Under the pieces are notes generated by a model. That model was not told the DNA's origin and made no database searches. It worked only from the letters and a program-made list of their open reading frames with translations. A stretch of DNA of 64,000 nucleotides from assembly GCA_003223935.1 (NCBI GenBank), contig QHXQ01000039.1, positions 2,535-66,534 of the forward strand, read 5' to 3'. The DNA is from Acidobacteriota bacterium (lineage in GTDB: Bacteria; Acidobacteriota; Blastocatellia; Pyrinomonadales; Pyrinomonadaceae). The position numbers were made by a program, and so were the translations under genes. This document shows, piece after piece, positions 36,612 through 43,739 of the stretch (positions within the stretch are counted from its first letter, which is position 1; each line of letters starts with the position of its first letter).

Positions 36612-37780
36612 ACGGGCAACTCCACTTCAAGCGTAAAGCCTTTGTCCAACGCTGTGCGCACACGCACTGCGCCACCTAAAAGTTGCGCGCGCTCGCGCAC
36701 ACCGAGCAAGCCAAAGCCGCCATTCGAGTCGGCGCTGCCAATGCCATCGTCTGCCACCGTCAACTGCACAGACTCCGCGTGGCCGTAATCGAGTGTGACG
36801 CGGACGTGCGTGGCGCGCGCATGTTTGCCGACATTGGTCAGCCCTTCTTGTGCTGCGCGATAGAGCGTGAGATCGGCCTGCGGGGTGAGCGGGCGCGGCA
36901 CGCCTGCGACTGTCAGTTGGACGCGCAGACCCGTAGCCTTCCATTGCTCAACCAACTTGGCTAACGCTTCCGCAAGCGGCCGGCTCTCGGTCGGCGCAGC
37001 CCGAAGGGCCGCAACCGAACGGCGCACCTCCGCCAGCCCTTCCTGCGTCAGACTCTGCGCCTTCGAGAGATGATCAAGCGCGCGTGCTTCGTCTTGCGCG
37101 AAGATCGCTTGCGCTGCGCCGATCTGCACGTTGACCACCGTCAGATAGTGACCGAGACTGTCGTGTATCTCGCGCGCCAAGCGGTTGCGCTCTTTCGTTG
37201 TCGCCAACTCTTCGACTTGCGCAGCGTACTCACGCAACCGGCCGTTAGCTGCGCCCAACTCTGCGCGCGCCTGACGCTCACGTGCAGCGATCCGCGTAAA
37301 GACCACGACGAAGACGATGCCCGTGCCGTAAGTGAGTGCGACGGCAATAGCGTCGATCCAACGACTGCGCAAAATGAGCGGCAGCACTAGATTCAGATAG
37401 ATCAACACGCAGACCGCAACCATCCAACGCGGCGCAAGCACGAGCGCGCTCTGGCCCGCGAGCGGCAGCAAGATGAGCGACAACTCGCCGGCCGAGCCGC
37501 GCAATTGGATGAGCGTCGCGGCGAGCAGCAGTTGAATGATGAAATAGACGGCCGCGGCGCGCCCTGTGCCCAAGCGTCGGCAGAGCGCGAAGCCATATGT
37601 GCCGACGAGCAGGTACGCTGAGCCGACTGCGAGCAGTAGTCCGATCTCTAACGGAGGCAACGCACGCCGCGCATAGATGAGCGCCGTGATAGCGGAGACG
37701 TAGGCCGCACCCACGACGATCACAAAGGCTAGGTTGCCGCTCGCGGCGAGGTTGATGCTTGAACGGGGCGCGAACTTCAT
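36608..37780 (-). CDS. Membrane sensor histidine kinase, HisKA_3 (DesK/NarX-like) type
   Basis: 390 aa. About 5 TM helices. H-box RLAREIHDSLGHYLT. HATPase region: QEGLTNVGKHARA...DDGIG...GFGLLGVRERAQLLGG. 4-nt overlap with the regulator gene. Confidence 0.9.
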   Translation of the reverse strand: MKFAPRSSINLAASGNLAFVIVVGAAYVSAITALIYARRALPPLEIGLLLAVGSAYLLVGTYGFALCRRLGTGRAAAVYFIIQLLLAATLIQLRGSAGELSLILLPLAGQSALVLAPRWMVAVCVLIYLNLVLPLILRSRWIDAIAVALTYGTGIVFVVVFTRIAARERQARAELGAANGRLREYAAQVEELATTKERNRLAREIHDSLGHYLTVVNVQIGAAQAIFAQDEARALDHLSKAQSLTQEGLAEVRRSVAALRAAPTESRPLAEALAKLVEQWKATGLRVQLTVAGVPRPLTPQADLTLYRAAQEGLTNVGKHARATHVRVTLDYGHAESVQLTVADDGIGSADSNGGFGLLGVRERAQLLGGAVRVRTALDKGFTLEVELPV

Positions 37781-37958
37781 GGCTGTACGCCAACTCTAAT
37801 ATAAATCCGCCGCGTAGGGACAGTGACTTTCGTCATGTTTCGGCGCAGCCGGTCACATTAAAAACGTGCCGCCGCTTCGTGACCGACGGCACGTCCGGCA
37901 AGACGTAAAAAGTTGTATTCATCTCGTCGTTGGCAAATTTCACAAAGGAGCGATAAAG

Positions 37959-38723
37959 ATGAGAACGAGAGCGCGAATCATTCGTTTGACGTGGGCGATC
38001 TTTTTAGGCGGCGCGATCTGCTGTGCGCCTGCGGCACGTGGGCAGCAGACGAGCGCCAGCTTAACTCCCGATCAGGAGTTTGTCGCTGCGATTAGGCGCG
38101 GCGAGACGGCAAAGGTGCGTGAGTTGTTGCAACAAAATCCTGCGCGCGCCAAAGCCAGCAACGAGCGAGGCATCACGGCCGTGCTGATGTCGGTCTATGC
38201 CGAGCAACCGGAGATCACCAAGCTGCTCCTCGCCTCAGGCATGGAACTCAACATCTTCGAGGCGGCGGCGACGGGTAACATCGAGCGTGTGCGCACGTTG
38301 CTCAAAGAAAATCCGGCGTTGATTAGCGCCTACTCGGCGGACGGTTGGACGGCGCTCCATCTAAATTTCGGACACATGGAGATCGCGGAACTGCTTTTGA
38401 ATAGCGGCGCGGATGTTAACGCCGTCTCGAAAAATAAGTTCGTCGCCACGCCGCTCCAAGGCGCAGTCGTGAGGAAGCGTCTAGACCTCGCCCAACTCCT
38501 GCTCGCGCATGGCGCGAAGGTCAATGTGCGCGGCGAAGGGGGCGACAGTCCGTTGCACGAGGCGGCCGGCAGCGGGCAGATAGAGTTCGCCAAGCTGTTG
38601 CTCGCACACGGCGCGGACGTGAACGCAAAGGATGATGACAGCAAGACGCCGTTGACGATTGCGCTTGAATATAAACAGCCGGAGATGGCCAAGTTCTTGC
38701 GCGCACATGGCGCGGTGCAATGA
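37959..38723 (+). CDS. Secreted ankyrin-repeat protein
   Basis: I place the start at ATG 37959 after an AAAGGAG RBS. Signal peptide: MRTRARIIRLTWAIFLGGAICCAPAARG. About 6 ankyrin repeats (GWTALHLNFGHMEIAELLLNSGADVNA and DSPLHEAAGSGQIEFAKLLLAHGADVNAKD). Confidence 0.85.
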   Translation: MRTRARIIRLTWAIFLGGAICCAPAARGQQTSASLTPDQEFVAAIRRGETAKVRELLQQNPARAKASNERGITAVLMSVYAEQPEITKLLLASGMELNIFEAAATGNIERVRTLLKENPALISAYSADGWTALHLNFGHMEIAELLLNSGADVNAVSKNKFVATPLQGAVVRKRLDLAQLLLAHGAKVNVRGEGGDSPLHEAAGSGQIEFAKLLLAHGADVNAKDDDSKTPLTIALEYKQPEMAKFLRAHGAVQ

Positions 38724-38771
38724 GGATGGCGCGCCCTGCACATTCGTCGTCCTGTCTTGAGCGACGATTGC

Positions 38772-39446
38772 TCAAGCACGCGGTTCAAGGATGTAGCCTT
38801 CGCCGCGCCGCGTGTGCAGGAGTTTGACGGCGTGCTGCTCGTCAATCTTTTTGCGCAGGCGATTGATATAGACCTCGATGGTGTTGGAGAACGGATCGAA
38901 CGATTCATCCCAGACGTGCTCGGCGATCTCTGCGCGCGTGACGAGCCGGCTCGCGTGACGTGCCAAATATTCCAGCAGCGCGTACTCTTTGGCGGTCAGT
39001 TCGATCTCTGACTTGCCGCGCACGACGCGATGGCTCGCCGTGTCAAGCATAAGATCGGCGACCTCAAGTTGTGTAGGCAACAGTTCACGGCTGCGGCGTA
39101 GCAGCGCGCGCAGCCGCGCGAGCAGTTCGCGGAAGGCGAAGGGCTTGGTGAGGTAATCGTCCGCGCCGCTGTCGAGGCCAGCAATGCGGTCGTCAACGGT
39201 GGCGCGCGCCGTCAGCATCAGGATGGGAAGCGTTTGCCCGCGCGCGCGCAGTTCGCGGCAAATCTCGAAACCGTCGCGGCCGGGCAGCAAGCAATCGAGG
39301 ATGATCAGATCGTAGTCGTTGATCGCCGCTTGATAGAGCGCCGCCTCGCCGTCGCCGCACACGTCAACGGCATAAGCGTGTTCGCGCAAGCCCCGCGCAA
39401 TCACACGCGCCATGCGCGGCTCATCTTCGACGAGCAGAATCCGCAA
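38772..39446 (-). CDS. OmpR/PhoB family response regulator
   Basis: 224 aa. REC domain: RILLVEDEPRMARV...LIILDCLLPGRDG. Winged helix: LTAKEYALLEYLARHASRLVTRAEI...VYINRLRKKID...IHTRRGEGY-like. Confidence 0.95.
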   Translation of the reverse strand: MRILLVEDEPRMARVIARGLREHAYAVDVCGDGEAALYQAAINDYDLIILDCLLPGRDGFEICRELRARGQTLPILMLTARATVDDRIAGLDSGADDYLTKPFAFRELLARLRALLRRSRELLPTQLEVADLMLDTASHRVVRGKSEIELTAKEYALLEYLARHASRLVTRAEIAEHVWDESFDPFSNTIEVYINRLRKKIDEQHAVKLLHTRRGEGYILEPRA

Positions 39447-39516
39447 ATGTTAGCTCTCCTTACTTCATGACGCGCGCCTCTTTGGCCCAGATCAATACTT
39501 GCACGGAGCAATTGCA

Positions 39517-41790
39517 TCATCTGAAATCTTTGATGATCACGACGCCTGTTGTCTCGATGCCGCGCGCGCAGGCGAGCGTGCCATCGCGCGACCAATCGTA
39601 GGCGAGGACGCCGTCGGTTTTGAAGTCGGTCACTTGACGAGGCGCGCCGCCGTCGAGCGGTTGCGCCCAGATGTTGGCGGGGCCCGCGCGATTGTCTAGG
39701 AAATGAATCGCGCGCCCATCGGGCGACCAGACGGTGTTGGCGCGGAAGGTCTGCGGCACGTCGAACAACTTCAAGGGCGCGCCGCCGTCAATAGAGAAGA
39801 CCGCAAGCTTCGGCGGCGCGTTCGCGTCAAGCTGATAAGTGCAGACGAACTGCTTGCCGTCGGGCGAGGGAAACGGCCAAGAAGAGTTTTTGTCGGTCAG
39901 ACGCACGGGCGGGCCGCCGTCAATCGGCACTTTCCAGATGTAGTTCGCTTGCGCGAAATCAACCGAAGCGTAGATCACCCAACGACCATCGGCCGTCGTG
40001 TGCGCGAAATTTTCTTCTTCGTTGAAGGTCAGTTGTTTCTGCTCGCTGCCATCCGCGTTCATACGCCAGACGTGAAACGCGCCGCCGCCGCGATTCGAGA
40101 CGAAGACGATGTAGCGGCCATCGCTCGACACGGACGGGCCGTAGTTCGAGCGCGCATCCGATGTCAACTGTTTCGCGTTCGTCCCATCCGCGTTCATCTG
40201 CCAGATGTCCCACGCGCCGCTCGCAATCGAGGCATAGACGATCTTACCGTCAGGTGTCCATGTCAGCCCGTAATAGCCATCGTACTTGCCCGGCCCTTGC
40301 GTCACTTGCGTGGCGTGCGGCGCGTCGCCTTTGGGCGCGACCCAGACGTTCGTGACGAGATCGGTCTGCAAAGTCAAAAGCGTGCTTGCGTCCGCCGTGA
40401 GACTAACGCCCGCGTAGCCATTCAGATCGTTTGTGATCCGGCGCGGCTCGCCGCTCGGATAAGCGATGAGCCAGAGTTGCGTCGGACTCAACTCCTGTTC
40501 GGTGAGCGCCGCGACCAGGCCGCTCCCATCGGGCAGCCACTCAAGGTCTGCGATATTGATCCAGCCTTGCGCGTCGTTATATGGACGTTGCGTGTTCAGA
40601 GGTTGTTCCACGCCGTCGCTCGCGCGCACCGTGATGAGCGCGGCATGACCGGGACTCGGCTCGGCGCTGTTGGCCACGCAGGCGATCAGTTGACCATCGG
40701 GCGACCAAGCGAGTGCATTCAAATAGTCGGGGGCCGTGCGCTTGATGAGCACGCGCTCGTGGCTGCCGTCGGCGTCCGAGATGACGACCGAAGATTCAGG
40801 TTTGGGTTGATGTACGTCCACGCGCACGACGGCGACTTGCCGGCCGTCGGGCGAGAACGTGGGCTTGCTGTTGAGACCTGCGAGCAGATGCTTCGGCGTG
40901 CCGCCTAACGGCACTTGCACGCTGTAGAGCGCGGGCGGTTGGCTGCCATCCTTCGGGGCTGCGCCGTAATAGAGCGACTCGCCGTTGCGCGAGAACATCA
41001 GACCGCCGAAATCGAGACTGCCGGGCGCGACGAGTTGTTCGGCGCGACTCGTCGCGTTCGTCTGTCTGATCCAAATGCTGCGCTGGCCGGCGTCGTTAGC
41101 GATGTAAGCGACGTACTTGCCGTCGGGCGAGATGGCCGCCGCTTCCACCTTGCCGTTGATCGGCAGCCGCATCAACTTCATCGCTTGCGCGGGCGCGACG
41201 GCCGGCTCATGCGTCCGCCGCCGCACAGAGAACTTGAGCAGCGCGAAGACCGCGAGCGCCAACACGAGGACGAGCGCCGTGCCGATCACAAACGCGCCCA
41301 AACGCGGGCGTGGCGCGCGCGCCATTGGTTGCGCCGTCAGTCCGGCAGCGGCGATGGGTGCGGCTTCCGTGCTTGCACGTTCGGTCGCGTGGGAGACTAA
41401 GGCTTGCGTCTCGTCTCCATCGGCTGCTGCTGTGACTGACGCGGGCGCGCGCTCGTAAGGCAACTCGTGCACGGGCGCAACGAAGCGATAGCCGCGTCGC
41501 GGGATCGTCTCGATGTACTTCTGCCCGTCGTCTTGCCCTTCGCCGAGCGCCTTGCGCAGCGTGAAGATGTTCTGCGCCAGCGTCGCCTCTTCGACGTAGG
41601 TGTCGGGCCAAACCGCCTTCAGTAGTTCCTCTTTTTCCATCACGCGCCCGCCATGACGGACGAGCGCGACGAGCGTCTCAAGCGCCTTGGGCGTCAGGGG
41701 CACGAGCGCGTCGCCGCGTTTGAGCAGCCGCTCGCCCGTGTCCAAAAGGTACGGCCCGAAGGCGAATAACTGTTTGACTTGACTACTCAT
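39517..41790 (-). CDS. Membrane-anchored winged-helix (OmpR/CadC-type) transcriptional regulator fused to a TolB-like PD40 beta-propeller
   Basis: 757 aa. N-terminal Trans_reg_C: FGPYLLDTGERLLKRGDALVPLTPKALETLVALV...IETIPRRGYRFVAPV. One TM helix (FVIGTALVLVLALAVFALL). Repeated PD40 units follow (ISPDGKYVAY, FSPDGRQVAV, WSPDGQLIAC, VSSDGRYIVFVSNR, SPDGKQFV, WSPDGRAIHF). Confidence 0.85.
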   Translation of the reverse strand: MSSQVKQLFAFGPYLLDTGERLLKRGDALVPLTPKALETLVALVRHGGRVMEKEELLKAVWPDTYVEEATLAQNIFTLRKALGEGQDDGQKYIETIPRRGYRFVAPVHELPYERAPASVTAAADGDETQALVSHATERASTEAAPIAAAGLTAQPMARAPRPRLGAFVIGTALVLVLALAVFALLKFSVRRRTHEPAVAPAQAMKLMRLPINGKVEAAAISPDGKYVAYIANDAGQRSIWIRQTNATSRAEQLVAPGSLDFGGLMFSRNGESLYYGAAPKDGSQPPALYSVQVPLGGTPKHLLAGLNSKPTFSPDGRQVAVVRVDVHQPKPESSVVISDADGSHERVLIKRTAPDYLNALAWSPDGQLIACVANSAEPSPGHAALITVRASDGVEQPLNTQRPYNDAQGWINIADLEWLPDGSGLVAALTEQELSPTQLWLIAYPSGEPRRITNDLNGYAGVSLTADASTLLTLQTDLVTNVWVAPKGDAPHATQVTQGPGKYDGYYGLTWTPDGKIVYASIASGAWDIWQMNADGTNAKQLTSDARSNYGPSVSSDGRYIVFVSNRGGGAFHVWRMNADGSEQKQLTFNEEENFAHTTADGRWVIYASVDFAQANYIWKVPIDGGPPVRLTDKNSSWPFPSPDGKQFVCTYQLDANAPPKLAVFSIDGGAPLKLFDVPQTFRANTVWSPDGRAIHFLDNRAGPANIWAQPLDGGAPRQVTDFKTDGVLAYDWSRDGTLACARGIETTGVVIIKDFR

Positions 41791-41982
41791 AAGTCCGTTT
41801 TGATAACTCTTTGAAAACTCTTTCAGCCCAATTTAGCAATCCTTTGAACGAAATCTAAAGACCTCAGTTCCAACTAGCGCCGTATGGCTTGGCGCACGCG
41901 GGCAAAACTAAGGTCGCAAGCGCGACCAACTTATCAGCCTAGCGTGACTGAAGATTATAACGCGATTGACCTGAGGAGGTTC

Positions 41983-42432
41983 ATGATGAAAAAGCAGACG
42001 TTGAGCGCCTTCATACTGATCGGTCTCATACTCGCCGCCGCGTTCGCGGCCCAAGCGCAGACGACACGCCCGCTCGTCGTCAACGTGCCCTTCGATTTCG
42101 TCGTCGGCAAAAAGACGCTGCCCGCCGGCCAGTACACGATCAAGCGGCTCGTGCGGGATAACGACAAACTGTTGTTGGTGCAGAGCACGGACGGGCGCAC
42201 GGCGCAGAGCATCCAGACCAGCGTGGTCGAAACGAACGCGGCCACAGCCGCGGCACAACTCAAATTCCACCGCTACGGCGACAAATACTTTCTCTTCCAA
42301 GTCTGGACGCCGGGCACGCAGACGGGGCGCGAACTGCCCAAATCGCGACTTGAGCAGATCACCATCCGCGAATTGGCGCAGTCTAACGCGACACGGCAGC
42401 AGACGGTCTCTGTCAGCGGCCGTCTGGAATAA
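41983..42432 (+). CDS. Secreted hypothetical protein
   Basis: I place the start at ATG 41983 after a GAGGAGG RBS. Signal peptide: MMKKQTLSAFILIGLILAAAFAAQAQ. I recognise no domain. Confidence 0.6.
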   Translation: MMKKQTLSAFILIGLILAAAFAAQAQTTRPLVVNVPFDFVVGKKTLPAGQYTIKRLVRDNDKLLLVQSTDGRTAQSIQTSVVETNAATAAAQLKFHRYGDKYFLFQVWTPGTQTGRELPKSRLEQITIRELAQSNATRQQTVSVSGRLE

Positions 42433-42492
42433 GTCCGAACCGTTCGGCGGCCACGTCTTAGCTGGGCCTCGGCCGCCGACATCGGACTAAGA

Positions 42493-42530
42493 GAGGGCGG
42501 GATAATCGGTGTACCGATCATTCCGCCCTC
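42493..42530. terminator. Hairpin between convergent genes (terminator-like)
   Basis: gagggcgg (42493..42500) pairs with ccgccctc (42523..42530), with an inner atcggt/accgat stem. Followed by cTTAATT. A second stem, cggcggcc/ggccgccg, lies just upstream (~42446..42478). Confidence 0.45.
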
Positions 42531-42634
42531 TTAATTCGTTACGTCGTTCAACGACTAGCGTGGCGGCGCACAACTTGAGCGATAACAGGATAACGAATGA
42601 ACACGCGCTTCAACGAGTTTTGCGCATGATGAGT

Positions 42635-43075
42635 TTAAGGCAGCAGCCGGCCCAAGAGGTCTATGAGCCAGTCGAAGTCAATCGGTTTGGTGAGGTAGGC
42701 GTCGCAGCCGGCGGCGAGGGCGTTGGCGCGATACTCTGTCTCGTGGTGTGCGGTCAGGGCAACGATGAGCATGCCGCGGGCCGCTTCCTGCGCGCGGATG
42801 CGGCGCGTGGCTTCGATGCCGTCCATAACGGGGAGGCCGATGTCCATCAACACGATGTCAGGTTGATCGCTCGCGGCGACCGCGACGGCCTCCGCGCCAT
42901 CGGTTGCTTCGAGCACGCGAAAACCGCGCCGTTCGAGTTCGAGTCGCATCAAGTAGCGCGTGTCCTCGAAATCCTCGACGATGAGGACGGTCAACTCCTG
43001 CGCGTCATGTGCGTCTGCATCCGTGTGCGTAATGGTTCTAAGCCCTTTCGCCGACCCTGCACGCCCGCCAAACAA
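42635..43075 (-). CDS. Single-domain response regulator (CheY-like receiver)
   Basis: 146 aa. VLIVEDFEDTRYLM...DIVLMDIGLPVMDGIEATRRIR...IVALTAH...GCDAYLTKPIDF. Confidence 0.9.
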   Translation of the reverse strand: MFGGRAGSAKGLRTITHTDADAHDAQELTVLIVEDFEDTRYLMRLELERRGFRVLEATDGAEAVAVAASDQPDIVLMDIGLPVMDGIEATRRIRAQEAARGMLIVALTAHHETEYRANALAAGCDAYLTKPIDFDWLIDLLGRLLP

Positions 43076-43264
43076 CGCTTGGATGAGAACCGGGCGCGAA
43101 CTGTTTTTAGAGCGCGCTTAGTTTTGACTATTTCGCCGCTCGCGGTCAACCATTAAAACACAGGCCGACAAAACGGCTCTGTCCGCCAACGAACAAGCGG
43201 CACGGCCGCACCTGACCGCCGCGCCGCCAGCAATAAAGAGATAAAAACTCCGAGTCGCTTCAAA

Positions 43265-43309
43265 GTACGAAGATTTTCGTTGACGCTACGAAGCGCTTCG
43301 TAGTAAAGT
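43265..43309 (+). promoter_or_regulatory. Candidate blaI/blaR1 promoter with embedded dyad operators
   Basis: TTGACG (43280..43285), an 18-nt spacer, then TAAAGT (43304..43309). The whole spacer is a perfect 18-bp palindrome, CTACGAAGCGCTTCGTAG (43286..43303). A second dyad, ACGAA-N4-TTCGT (43267..43280), abuts the -35 element. The region lies 40 nt upstream of the blaI-like ATG. Confidence 0.5.
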
Positions 43310-43349
43310 GCGCGCCGTCGTGATTCTTCGCTAGAAGGACGAGCAGCCG

Positions 43350-43739
43350 ATGGGGAAACAAAAGGGGCCGCGCCCGACCGACGCGGAGTTGGCAATCTTG
43401 AACGTGCTCTGGACGCGCGGCGCTTCGACCGTGCGCGAGGTGCATGAAGCGTTGGCCAAATCTAAGACGATTGGCTACACGACCATTTTGAAGTTGTTGC
43501 AGATTATGACGGAGAAGGGGCTGGTGCGCCGCGATGAGCGGCAACGCGCGCACGTCTATGTGGCGCGGTTCGCGCAAGAGCAGACGCAACGCGAACTCGT
43601 CGGCGATCTCTTAGAGCGCGCCTTCGGCGGCTCGGCCGCGAAGTTGGTCATGCATGCACTCGCGTCGAAACGCACGTCGGACGAAGAGTTAGCGCAGATT
43701 CGCCAACTGCTCGCAGAGTTTGAGCGAGGCAAGAGATGA
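43350..43739 (+). CDS. BlaI/MecI/CopY family transcriptional repressor
   Basis: 129 aa. PTDAELAILNVLWTRGASTVREVHEAL...GYTTILKLLQIMTEKGLVRRDERQRAHVY, a Penicillinase_R winged helix. Overlaps the next gene (ATGA). Confidence 0.9.
   Translation: MGKQKGPRPTDAELAILNVLWTRGASTVREVHEALAKSKTIGYTTILKLLQIMTEKGLVRRDERQRAHVYVARFAQEQTQRELVGDLLERAFGGSAAKLVMHALASKRTSDEELAQIRQLLAEFERGKR

Noticed and set aside
43153-43589. Minus-strand ORFs 43153..43395 and 43260..43589 over the blaI promoter and gene.
   Set aside because: They are antisense to a clear BlaI-family gene and span the operator palindromes, and I recognise no motifs in them.
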